A stretch of DNA of 64,000 nucleotides from Candidatus Limnocylindrales bacterium (GTDB taxonomy: Bacteria; Moduliflexota; Moduliflexia; Moduliflexales; JAUQPW01), in contig DATMBG010000022.1 in NCBI GenBank assembly GCA_035559535.1, positions 192,568 through 256,567 on the forward strand, given 5' to 3'. The translations under genes and the position numbers were made by a program. How positions within the stretch are numbered: position 1 is the stretch's first letter; every line of letters starts with the position of its first letter. Positions 1-8,738 of this stretch are shown here, one piece after another. The notes below the pieces were generated by a model, which saw only the letters and a list, made by a program, of their open reading frames with translations, did no database searches and was not told the origin of the DNA.

Positions 1-293
1 GCTTTAAGATCGCATAAAGCGTTGTCGATTCCGGCAATTGCCTGTTGAGCTATTCCGCCGGGATTCTGCCGCATAGCCCGGTACATATCCCAATATAGTT
101 TCTCAATGGGCCTTGGATCCCGACCCAACAAAAGGGGTGTAAGATCCTGAACACAGGCCGCTATGGCAAACGGGGCCCTGGGATTACTAAACTCTCCATA
201 CCCTGTAAGACCTTCATCTGTTTGAATTTTCACGAACGACCACGGTCGCCAACCTGCATCGCAATGAATCGTTTCAACTTTGGTTATTTTCAT
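1..293 (-). CDS. enolase superfamily protein (mandelate racemase/muconate lactonizing enzyme family, sugar-acid dehydratase-like), N-terminal part; CDS runs off the window start
   Basis: The reverse-complement of 1..293 translates to MKITKVETIHCDAGWRPWSFVKIQTDEGLTGYGEF..., a typical MR/MLE N-terminal domain. ATG at 291-293 on the minus strand. Not in the ORF track because it is truncated. Confidence 0.55.
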   Translation of the reverse strand, partial: MKITKVETIHCDAGWRPWSFVKIQTDEGLTGYGEFSNPRAPFAIAACVQDLTPLLLGRDPRPIEKLYWDMYRAMRQNPGGIAQQAIAGIDNALCDLK

Positions 294-352
294 TTAGATA
301 TAAAAATCAAGGATCAGGAGCCGGAATAAAGATGGCTTCTGACCCCTGATTC

Positions 353-1198
353 CTAAAGGAATTCTAAAAGCTTCTCAAGGATAATTTCGGGTTTTTCCTC
401 AGGTAGAAAATGACCGCATTCGGGAATTGCTTCCCCTCGAACATCCTGAGCAAACTCTTGCCAAATTTCAAGGACATTAAAAAGATGGAGGACACTCCCT
501 CCACCCCACAGGACCAGCGTGGGCATTTTCAGTTTCTTACCCACATCCTGTTTATCTTGAGACCAGTCTTCGGAGATTCCGGCCCGGTAATCATTGAAGC
601 CTCCCCGTAAGGCACCGGGTGCAGAATACGTGTGTACGTATTCTGCGATGACTTCAGGTGTGAAAACCGCCCGGTTATAGGCCCAGGTTGTAAAAAAGTA
701 ACGGAGGTAGGCTTCTACATTGGCACCTACCAGGAGCTCGGGTAAATCCGGCACCAGATGAAAGAACCAGTGCCAATAACCCCGGGCGATCTCGGCATTT
801 ACCCGCTCAAAGACAGCTCGGGTAGGTACGATATCCAGGATAACCAGTTTTTCAACTTCCTCGGAATAATCCAGACCGTACCGGTGGGATACGCGTGCTC
901 CTCGATCATGACCCACCAGCTTAATCCGATTATAACCAAGGGACCGAACTAATTCATGGATGTCGGTAGCCATGGTCCGTTTATCATAACCCCCGGCAGG
1001 TTTATCCGAGTAACCGTAACCCCGCAGGTCAGGAGCCACGACGGTATAGTGTTTCGCCAAAGCCGGAATAATCAGCCGCCACTGATACCAGCTTTGAGGC
1101 CATCCATGTAACAAAACCAGCAAGGGACCACTCCCTTGAATAACATAGTGCAATCGAATACCGTTTACATAAGCCATGCGGTGCTGCCATGTTTCCAT
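353..1198 (-). CDS. alpha/beta hydrolase fold protein (epoxide hydrolase / haloalkane dehalogenase-like)
   Basis: HGWPQSWYQW oxyanion-hole motif, nucleophile elbow VGHDRGARV, 281 aa. Confidence 0.8.
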   Translation of the reverse strand: METWQHRMAYVNGIRLHYVIQGSGPLLVLLHGWPQSWYQWRLIIPALAKHYTVVAPDLRGYGYSDKPAGGYDKRTMATDIHELVRSLGYNRIKLVGHDRGARVSHRYGLDYSEEVEKLVILDIVPTRAVFERVNAEIARGYWHWFFHLVPDLPELLVGANVEAYLRYFFTTWAYNRAVFTPEVIAEYVHTYSAPGALRGGFNDYRAGISEDWSQDKQDVGKKLKMPTLVLWGGGSVLHLFNVLEIWQEFAQDVRGEAIPECGHFLPEEKPEIILEKLLEFL

Positions 1199-1235
1199 AT
1201 TTTTTTATTTTTCCCCAAAGGCGCAGAATAACCCA

Positions 1236-2309
1236 CTAGGATCGAATCGGAGATGCATCTACTCCTAATTGTTCTGCAGCCGTTATGATTCCCTTCAAGG
1301 TATCTTCGTTCAGGGGAATTCCTTCCTTTCGATATTTTATCTCGGTTTCCGCTTCTAATTCACCCGGGGAATAGATTCGGTCAAAGCCCGGAGCTTTACG
1401 CCCATGACGAATTTGCCGAATAATTCCATCGACCCGCTGCTTAAATCGGGCCACATCCTCAAAGGCGGCTATTTTCAGGGCCATGAAAAAATGACCATCC
1501 TGCCCGGCCTTTGCTCCTTTTTCCAGATCCCCTAACTCGGTTCCGTAGCTGGCCCCTGACAAGACTGCCGAGAGAATCCCCATGATCAGAGCCAGCGAAG
1601 TTCCTTTGTATTCGCCAATTGGCTGGAGTAGACCCTCCAGGGCCTTCGCCGGATCGGTCGTTGGACGTCCCTCTGCATCAAAGGCCCAGGTGCTGGGAAT
1701 CTGTAAGCCCTTCTGATGATAAACCTCGATCTTACCCCGGGCCGAATAACTAAAGGCAGCATCATAGACAATGGGAATCTCCTCGCCTGCAGGAATGGCT
1801 ACACTCAGTGGATTGATCCCCAGAATTCGGTCTATTCCACCCCATGGAGCCATAGTCGGAAGTGCATTGGTTGTTGCCAGACCGATCATGTCTTCGGGGA
1901 GAGCCATCATGGTATAATAGGCCATCGCTCCACAATGATTACTTCCTCCAACCGCTGCCACAGCTACCCCGGTAGTCCGGGCCCGTTCAATGACCTGACG
2001 CATGGCAAAGGTAGATCCAATCTGCCCCATACTGTTACCCCCATGGATTACCAGGGCAGCCCCGGTATCCTTTACCACCCGGGGTCGTCCTTTTGGATTC
2101 ACCCCTGTCTGCAACCTCTTAACATAGTTGGGTACCCGCATGACCCCATGGGAATGAACCCCCCGCAGGTCCGCTACTACCAATGTCTCGGTTAACAACT
2201 CTGCATCCTCTGCCGACATCCCACAACGTTGGAAAATAGATTGAACGACTTTTTTAAGTGTATCGGCCGGAATTCTCCGTTCTTTTTCGCTTCCAGGATA
2301 TGTCCCCAT
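1236..2309 (-). CDS. Ldh_2 family malate/L-lactate/sulfolactate-type dehydrogenase
   Basis: Ldh_2 family hallmarks: SHGVMRV, GGSNHCG, GINPLSVAIPAG, GHFFMALKIAAF. Confidence 0.75.
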   Translation of the reverse strand: MGTYPGSEKERRIPADTLKKVVQSIFQRCGMSAEDAELLTETLVVADLRGVHSHGVMRVPNYVKRLQTGVNPKGRPRVVKDTGAALVIHGGNSMGQIGSTFAMRQVIERARTTGVAVAAVGGSNHCGAMAYYTMMALPEDMIGLATTNALPTMAPWGGIDRILGINPLSVAIPAGEEIPIVYDAAFSYSARGKIEVYHQKGLQIPSTWAFDAEGRPTTDPAKALEGLLQPIGEYKGTSLALIMGILSAVLSGASYGTELGDLEKGAKAGQDGHFFMALKIAAFEDVARFKQRVDGIIRQIRHGRKAPGFDRIYSPGELEAETEIKYRKEGIPLNEDTLKGIITAAEQLGVDASPIRS

Positions 2310-2533
2310 GTGAATTTTTTTACCTCCCCTTTATACTTTTTAACGTGATAACAACCTGTGTTGTCACATTAGTCCCTTTTCCGGTTAATAAGATGCAAAG
2401 CCCTCCTCTGCTTGGGGCTTTTGAGCAGGTTTCTTACCGCCTTCTGGGGTAACTTAAAGTTTGAGTCCTTTCCTGGATGAGGGAAAGTTTCTTAATCTTC
2501 TTTTGCTTCTTCTGACCGGGTTCAAGGTCTGAT

Positions 2534-2953
2534 TCAGGCCGGTTTTTCGATCTTTCGCTTGATATGGGTTTGAATAAAATGGATGATCTCTTCCAGGGAA
2601 GTTCCTACCGGAAAAATTCCATCCACACCCGATTCCTTCAGCTTAGGAATATCTTGATCTGGAATGGTTCCTCCCAGTACCACCAGCATCTCATCTAAAA
2701 CCCCTTTTTCTTTAAGAAATCCGGTTAACTTGGGAACAAGCCGCATGTGAGCGCCGGAAAGAAGACTTACACCGATTACATCGACATCCTCATGGATAGC
2801 TGCCTGGGCAACCTGATCCGGGGTCAGTCGCATTCCCAGGTAAATAACCTCCATACCGGCATCTCGCAAGGCCTTTGCGATGACCTTTATGCCTCGATCG
2901 TGTCCATCTAAACCGAGCTTTCCTAATAATACTTTAATTGGCCGTTCCGACAT
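2534..2953 (-). CDS. acyl-CoA mutase B12-binding small subunit (methylmalonyl-CoA mutase family, cobalamin-binding domain)
   Basis: IKVLLGKLGLDGHDRG cobalamin-binding DxHxxG motif. Start trimmed to the internal ATG (MSERPIKV) at 2951-2953 because the longer ORF N-terminus is a translation of the heptamer repeat. Confidence 0.8.
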   Translation of the reverse strand: MSERPIKVLLGKLGLDGHDRGIKVIAKALRDAGMEVIYLGMRLTPDQVAQAAIHEDVDVIGVSLLSGAHMRLVPKLTGFLKEKGVLDEMLVVLGGTIPDQDIPKLKESGVDGIFPVGTSLEEIIHFIQTHIKRKIEKPA

Positions 2954-2965
2954 AGGAATAAGCAG

Positions 2966-3138
2966 GAGAGTGTGGGAGTGTGGGAGTATGGAGGTATGGG
3001 AGTAGGGAAGTAGGGAAGTGTGGGAGTGTGGGAGTGTGGAAAGTAAAGTGTTCATACCTCCATACCCCCATACCCCCATACCTCCATACTCCCATACCCC
3101 CATACCTCCATACTCCCACACTCCCGTACTTTCATACC
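2966..3138. repeat. heptamer-repeat palindromic element, copy A1 (G-rich TGGGAGT-like arm / center / C-rich ACTCCCA-like arm)
   Basis: About 10 x 7-nt units RTGGGAG on one side, ~13 nt center, reverse-complement units on the other side. Forms a long imperfect hairpin. Lies between the two mutase subunit genes. Confidence 0.75.
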
Positions 3139-4908
3139 TTAAAAAACGGCGGGATCTTTGTAGTCTCCGTACAATTCTCGAAGTGTACCCATAATTTCCC
3201 CTTCTGTGGCATAAACCTTTACGGCCTCCAAAATCCGAGGCATGAGGTTTTCATTTTTCTCTACCGCCTCTCGTAGTCTATCCAGTGCCTTATCTACTTC
3301 TCTTTGATTTCGGGATTTTTTAACTTCTGCCAATCGTTCCTTTTGTCGGTCTTCTTCTGCCGGGTCGAATTCAAAGACCTCGATGGGTTGTTGAACTTCG
3401 GACTGATAGGCATTTACACCGACGACCAGATAATCCTTTTTTTCGATTTTTTGTTGATACTGATAGGCAGCTTCTGAGATTTCCTTTTCGATATATCCCT
3501 TCTCTATGGCTGTAAGCATCCCTTCGAGCATACTTCCCTTGCCGAGGGTCTCGATTTTTTCTATATACTCTTGGGCTTTTTCTTCCATGGTATTGGTTAG
3601 AGATTCTACGAAATAAGATCCGGCCAGTGGATCAATGGTATTGACGACCCCACTTTCATGTCCGATGATTTGCTGGGTGCGTAAGGATATCATCATGGCC
3701 TCTTCCGAAGGAATATCATAAGCTTCGTCGTATCCACTGACATGGAGAGATTGAGTTCCTCCCAGGACCGCGGCCAGTGCCTGAATGGTTCCCCGGATGA
3801 TGTTATTTTTAGGTTGTTCCCGAACCAGGGTAGAACCCAGGGTCTGGGTATGGAACCGAACCCGCATAGATTCGGCTTTTTTAGCCCCATATCGTTCTTT
3901 CATAATTCTGGCCCACAACCTTCTGGCAGCTCGAAACTTGCTGATCTCCTCAAAAAAATCATTGTGGCAACCGAAGAAGAAGGACAGCCGGGGTGCAAAA
4001 TCGTCTAGGGCGAGGCCGCGTTGAAGACCGCCTTCCACATAAGCCATCCCTTGGGCCAGGGTAAAAGCGAGTTCCTGTACGGCAGTAGACCCGGCCTCAC
4101 GGGTATGATAACCCGAGATGGAAATGGTATTCCAGTTGGGAACATAGCGGGTACAATACTCTACGACATCCAGGGTAATCTTAAAAGCCGGGCGGGGAGG
4201 AAGACCAAAGGTTTTCTGCCCATGGAATTCCTTTAACGAATCGTTCTGGACCGTTCCCCGCAAATCTTCCCATTTAACACCCCGTTTCTCGGCCACAGCC
4301 AATAAAAGACTCAACAACACAATTGCCGGATGGTTGATGGTTAAAGAAATACTCACCCGATCCAGCGGAATTCCTTCAAACAGCTCTTCCATATCCCGAA
4401 GGGTATCAATGGCAACTCCTAATCGTCCCACTTCTCCTTCTGCCAGAGGATGATCTGAATCATAACCTGTGAGAGTCGGATGATCAAAGTCCGTACTAAT
4501 ACCTGTTTGTCCATGCTTGAGAAGGAAGCGGTACCGTTCGTTGGTTGATCGGGCCGTTCCAAATCCGGCAATCTGCCGTCGGGTCCACAGCCGCCCCCGA
4601 TACATGGTGGGATATACCCCTCGGGTAAATGGAAAGGCACCGGGAAAGTTCAGATCCTTCAAATAATCCAGCTCCTTCACATCTTCAGGGGTGTAGACCC
4701 GCTTGACTTCCAGGTCAGAAACAGTTCGAAAGGTTTCACGCTGTTCAGGAGTCTTCTTAAGGACAGGAGCCAGGATCTCCGATTCCCATTTTTCTTGGGT
4801 TTCTTTGATCTGCTCCAGGGCTTTTTCATTAAAAAGTTTAGGGTCCATCTTTAAACCTCCGATTAACAAGGTATTTGGTTTTTTAAATTTCGGCCGTCTG
4901 TCCGCCAT
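3139..4908 (-). CDS. methylmalonyl-CoA mutase family large (catalytic) subunit, split type without B12 domain
   Basis: FTRGVYPTMYRGRLWTRRQIAGFG...TDFDHPTLTGYDSD signature of MCM/ICM catalytic barrel, 589 aa. Co-oriented and adjacent to the separate B12-binding subunit. Confidence 0.85.
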   Translation of the reverse strand: MADRRPKFKKPNTLLIGGLKMDPKLFNEKALEQIKETQEKWESEILAPVLKKTPEQRETFRTVSDLEVKRVYTPEDVKELDYLKDLNFPGAFPFTRGVYPTMYRGRLWTRRQIAGFGTARSTNERYRFLLKHGQTGISTDFDHPTLTGYDSDHPLAEGEVGRLGVAIDTLRDMEELFEGIPLDRVSISLTINHPAIVLLSLLLAVAEKRGVKWEDLRGTVQNDSLKEFHGQKTFGLPPRPAFKITLDVVEYCTRYVPNWNTISISGYHTREAGSTAVQELAFTLAQGMAYVEGGLQRGLALDDFAPRLSFFFGCHNDFFEEISKFRAARRLWARIMKERYGAKKAESMRVRFHTQTLGSTLVREQPKNNIIRGTIQALAAVLGGTQSLHVSGYDEAYDIPSEEAMMISLRTQQIIGHESGVVNTIDPLAGSYFVESLTNTMEEKAQEYIEKIETLGKGSMLEGMLTAIEKGYIEKEISEAAYQYQQKIEKKDYLVVGVNAYQSEVQQPIEVFEFDPAEEDRQKERLAEVKKSRNQREVDKALDRLREAVEKNENLMPRILEAVKVYATEGEIMGTLRELYGDYKDPAVF

Positions 4909-5635
4909 CTACGGCCAGCAGGGCTCCCGTAACAAAGGAAGATTCATGGGAAGCCAGAAACAGAGCCGCATAAGCCAGTTCTTCAGGTCGACCCAGACGT
5001 CCCATGGGAAAAGTGGCTGCAAAGGCCTCTAATTCCTTGGGGGATAAAACTTCCCTCAACATGGGAGTATCGGTAGGCCCCGGACAGAGGGCATTAACCC
5101 GTATTTTGTCTTTAGCGTGATCTATGGCCATGGCTTTGGTAAGCAAAGCCACCCCGCCTTTAGAAGTCACGTAAGCTACGGTGTTTTTAGCTGCGTCATG
5201 GGCTCCGGTTGAGGAAGATACGTTGATAATAGAACCTCCACCGCGTCGAATCATATGAGGAAGTACCGCCTTGCAACATAGGAAGGTCCCCGTCAGGTTA
5301 ACGGAAATTACCCGGTTCCAGGTTTTCTCATCGGTAGTTAAAACGGTGCCGAACGTAAGGATCCCGGCTCCGTTGAACAAAATATCGATACCCCCATAAG
5401 CGTCGAGGGTTGTCTCAACCATCCGTTGGACCTGAGTGAAATCCGAAACATCTACTTCAACAAAAAGAGCTTCTCCTCCGGTATTTTTGATGCTCTGAAC
5501 AGTCTGTTGACCTGCATAGGATTGGGAGTCGGCTACGGTGATCCTGGCCCCTTCTCGGGCAAACAGTTCGGCCGTAGCCCGCCCAATACCAGAACCCCCT
5601 CCGGTTATAATGGCCACTTTATCTTTGAGTCGCAT
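4883..5635 (-). CDS. SDR family NAD(P)-dependent oxidoreductase
   Basis: TGGGSGIGRA Rossmann motif, NGAG, S...YxxxK catalytic tetrad spacing, 250 aa. Confidence 0.85.
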   Translation of the reverse strand: MRLKDKVAIITGGGSGIGRATAELFAREGARITVADSQSYAGQQTVQSIKNTGGEALFVEVDVSDFTQVQRMVETTLDAYGGIDILFNGAGILTFGTVLTTDEKTWNRVISVNLTGTFLCCKAVLPHMIRRGGGSIINVSSSTGAHDAAKNTVAYVTSKGGVALLTKAMAIDHAKDKIRVNALCPGPTDTPMLREVLSPKELEAFAATFPMGRLGRPEELAYAALFLASHESSFVTGALLAVDGGQTAEI

Positions 5636-5735
5636 GGAAAATTACTCCTTCTGTTAAATCTTTTATGGGAAAAGTTTTAATCTTAAGAGAGTTTCTGCAT
5701 GTATCTCTTCGTATTTCTTTGCATTCCTGGGCGTT

Positions 5736-6761
5736 TTATCCATTTTGAGACTGGCGGGTTTCCGTCAGGTAACGCCGATAGGTTTGGATGTATTCGGCCA
5801 CACCGTCACGAATATTCGTAAAACGAGGTTGATAACCGAGCTGTTCCTGTGCATTTTGAATACTTAATATCCCCCTATATCGAATCTCGATTAAATCTGC
5901 TTCAGACAGGCCGGATCCGATCTGGATATCTGCGTCCGGGATCAGGCTTTTAACAATTTCAGCAACCTGCCCGGCTGTAACCAGGGGTTGTCCGGTCGCT
6001 GCATAGAAGATACGGTCTTTTACTTTATCGGCAGGGATTTCAAGGGCTTTTATGGCTAACTGGGTAACATCTTCCACGTGGGTATAGTCCCTCGGGAACT
6101 CCCGACCTTTTTCGAAGCGGGTCGGTAGACCTCGAACCGAGTTTTCAACCATGGGTTTGATGAAGATCGGCCACTGCATACCAAAGCCGTAAACGGCCGA
6201 AGGGCGTAGTGTAATGAAATCGAGTCCAAAGCTCTGATGGTAGGCAAAGCAGAAGGCTTCGCCGGCAACTTTGGAGGCTCCATAAAAACTGGAACCGGGA
6301 CCTTCTTGAGGTAACAGCACCGGATGTGCGGCATCGATGGGCTGGTATTGGACAGAGGGTAATACACCGATGGAACTGAAATACACGATACGTTGGAGTT
6401 TGAAAAGTCGAGCGGCTTCCAGGATATTCATCGTGCCTCCTAAATTGACACGCAGGGCTTCTAGAGGTTCCCGGGACAAATACACCGGATTCACAATGGT
6501 TGCCATATGGATCACTTTTCGTGGGCGATACTCCTGGATAACCTGAAAGAGGCGTGACCAGCTTTCTATACGACCCTGAGCAAAAACAGGAACATGGCGG
6601 ATTTTATCCTTATCCAGAACCGGTTTTAATATCCAGGCAGCTTCAGGACCCGGTTCTTTGATATCGTACATAATCACCGGATACCCCCTCTCGGCCAGGT
6701 GGCGAGTGAGGTAACTCCCGATAAATCCGGTACCTCCTGTAATCAATACTGCTTCATCCAC
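5736..6761 (-). CDS. NAD-dependent epimerase/dehydratase family protein (extended SDR)
   Basis: VLITGGTGFIGSYL N-terminal Rossmann motif, YGASKVAGE catalytic YxxxK. Confidence 0.85.
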   Translation of the reverse strand: MDEAVLITGGTGFIGSYLTRHLAERGYPVIMYDIKEPGPEAAWILKPVLDKDKIRHVPVFAQGRIESWSRLFQVIQEYRPRKVIHMATIVNPVYLSREPLEALRVNLGGTMNILEAARLFKLQRIVYFSSIGVLPSVQYQPIDAAHPVLLPQEGPGSSFYGASKVAGEAFCFAYHQSFGLDFITLRPSAVYGFGMQWPIFIKPMVENSVRGLPTRFEKGREFPRDYTHVEDVTQLAIKALEIPADKVKDRIFYAATGQPLVTAGQVAEIVKSLIPDADIQIGSGLSEADLIEIRYRGILSIQNAQEQLGYQPRFTNIRDGVAEYIQTYRRYLTETRQSQNG

Positions 6762-6777
6762 TTTCCTTTCTCCTTTC

Positions 6778-7632
6778 TTATTTTATAGCCCCTAAAGTTA
6801 AACCGCGAGTTAGATATTTTTGAACCAGCAGGGAAAGGACAAAAATAGGGGCCGATGCAATGACCGAAAGTGCACCGGCTGCCCCCCAGAAGGTAGATTC
6901 GGAACCAAAAAATCCACTCATTTTTACAGGTAGAGTCACCACCTTAGAGCGGGTTAAAATAACGGCGAATAGAAACTCATTCCAACTGAAGATGAAAGTA
7001 AAGACCGTGGTGGCAATCAATCCTGCTGCCGAAAGAGGTAAGGCAATGGACCAAAATACCCGAAAAACCGAGGCGCCATCTACCAGAGCACTCTCTTCCA
7101 CTTCGACAGGTACATCCCGGAAGTATCCTCGCATCATCCAGATAACGTAGGGTGTGTTAAAAGCTGCATAGAGAAGGATCAGGCCGTGGTAGGTATCTAC
7201 CCATTTGAGGGTACGAAAAAGCAGAAAAACAGGAAAGGCAATGGCAATAGGAGGTAGCATTCGTTGGGACAGAACCCAAAAAGCAAAATTCCTTCCCCCT
7301 GTTTTAAAGCGGGCCATACTATAAGCAGCCGGACAACCTATGATCATGGCCAAGATAGTGGCCCCTCCTGCGATCACGAGGCTATTGACCAACGCATCGA
7401 TGGATCGGTTTCTCACCAGGGATTGAAAATGATCGAAGTCTAGGGATCTGGGAAACCAGACCGGAGGATTATGGAAATACTCGCTGGGCCGTTTTACCGA
7501 CATGCTAAAGATCCAGTAAATGGGAAATAAAAAGAACAAAAAGGCCAGGATCATGACCACATATCGTAATCCATACCTTCGGAGAAAGTAGGTGACTCCT
7601 TTATGTTTTGAAGCAACAGCTAAACTCTGCAT
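6778..7632 (-). CDS. carbohydrate ABC transporter permease (MalG-like)
   Basis: Six TM segments, EAA-like loop (ESALVDGASVFRVFWSIALP). Confidence 0.85.
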   Translation of the reverse strand: MQSLAVASKHKGVTYFLRRYGLRYVVMILAFLFFLFPIYWIFSMSVKRPSEYFHNPPVWFPRSLDFDHFQSLVRNRSIDALVNSLVIAGGATILAMIIGCPAAYSMARFKTGGRNFAFWVLSQRMLPPIAIAFPVFLLFRTLKWVDTYHGLILLYAAFNTPYVIWMMRGYFRDVPVEVEESALVDGASVFRVFWSIALPLSAAGLIATTVFTFIFSWNEFLFAVILTRSKVVTLPVKMSGFFGSESTFWGAAGALSVIASAPIFVLSLLVQKYLTRGLTLGAIK

Positions 7633-7695
7633 TGAACCGAAAAAACCTGACCTTCGACTCCTCCCCTGGGGAAGGAAGCCGAAGGGTTGGGTTTT

Positions 7696-8640
7696 CTACT
7701 CCTCACTAAATCGACGAAGGAAAAGGGTCGTTGCGGTAGAGACCAAAATAAGGACAATAAAGGCCATTGCCGCCGTGTAGCCCAGGCGGAAATTTTTAAA
7801 ACCTAAGGTATAGATATAAAAAGTAATGGTTTCCGTAAAGGTCCCCGGTCCGCCCACGGTCAGGGCAAAAATTAGATCGAAGATTTTGAATACATCCAGA
7901 CTTCGAATAATCAAGGCAATGATCATAATCGGTCGAATCAAAGGCAACGTCATATGCCAGAAAGTCTGCCAGGCTGTGGCCCCATCCAGGGCAGCCGCTT
8001 CATAAAGTTCCGGATTAATGGCGCTTAGACCGGCCAGTAAAGCCAGAAACATAAAGGGGGTCCATTGCCAGACTTCCGCTACAATCAGGGAAAAGTACAC
8101 CGTTTTAGGATTGATCAGCCACACCAGGTTGACAGGATGTCCGAGTATCCAACCCAATACCTCATTGATAGGCCCATATTGAGTGTCCCATAGCATACGC
8201 CATCCATATCCTACCACCACCGGACACATAATGGTTGGCAAAATCAGCAGGGGGATGAGGATCTGCTTACCTGGAAGCTTACCCACCAGGACTTGAGCCA
8301 GAAGGAGTCCCAGGATAAGCTCGGCACTGACCGCTACCACCATGATGAACAGAGTGTGTCCCAAGGCTTCCCACATTCGGGTATCCTGAAGGACCTGGAT
8401 GTAATTGCCAAGGCCTATAAAAGGGCGTTCTCTTCGTTGGAAAGTCCAGTCTAAAAAGCTAATCCAGAAAAGGTACAGAATGGGGAAGATGGTAAATGAG
8501 AGGATCAAAATAACCGAGGGAGCCACCAAGAGATATCGAATACCACGTCCCCCCCAGATAAATTTACCCCGTTGCGGGGCTACAGCCTCAACAGATTTTT
8601 TAGATCCGGTGGGTACCACGGGAGTATCGATGATTTGCAT
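7696..8640 (-). CDS. carbohydrate ABC transporter permease (MalF-like)
   Basis: Polytopic. EAAALDGATAWQTFWHMTLPLIRP EAA motif. Confidence 0.85.
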   Translation of the reverse strand: MQIIDTPVVPTGSKKSVEAVAPQRGKFIWGGRGIRYLLVAPSVILILSFTIFPILYLFWISFLDWTFQRRERPFIGLGNYIQVLQDTRMWEALGHTLFIMVVAVSAELILGLLLAQVLVGKLPGKQILIPLLILPTIMCPVVVGYGWRMLWDTQYGPINEVLGWILGHPVNLVWLINPKTVYFSLIVAEVWQWTPFMFLALLAGLSAINPELYEAAALDGATAWQTFWHMTLPLIRPIMIIALIIRSLDVFKIFDLIFALTVGGPGTFTETITFYIYTLGFKNFRLGYTAAMAFIVLILVSTATTLFLRRFSEE

Positions 8641-8738
8641 TTAATTTTTGGTTTATGGTCCATCGTCCGTTGTCCTTTGTGGAGTTTAGTCTATAATTAA
8701 CCTCTGACAACGGACAACGGACTGAGGACTATAGACTC

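Noticed and set aside
1586-2195. Antisense/internal ORFs 1586..1771 (-) and 1716..2195 (+), and similar antisense ORFs inside other long genes (e.g. 9075..9563, 10845..11207, 25249..25605, 31123..31692, 37170..37676, 39382..40008, 46936..47439, 58095..58550)
   Set aside because: Each is fully contained in and opposite (or out of frame) to a longer ORF with clear family motifs, and none has any recognisable motif of its own.
2966-3138. Possibility that the heptamer arrays are CRISPR arrays
   Set aside because: Units are 7 nt, not 24-48 nt. There are no unique spacers, the two halves are reverse complements forming a hairpin, and there are no cas genes.
2934-3276. Small ORFs 2934..3119 (-) and 2980..3276 (+), and the N-terminal 56 aa of ORF 2534..3121 (MGVWEYGG..., PYSHTP...)
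   Set aside because: They are translations of the heptamer hairpin repeat in three frames. Their composition is periodic, and the real B12-subunit start (MSERPIKV) lies downstream.
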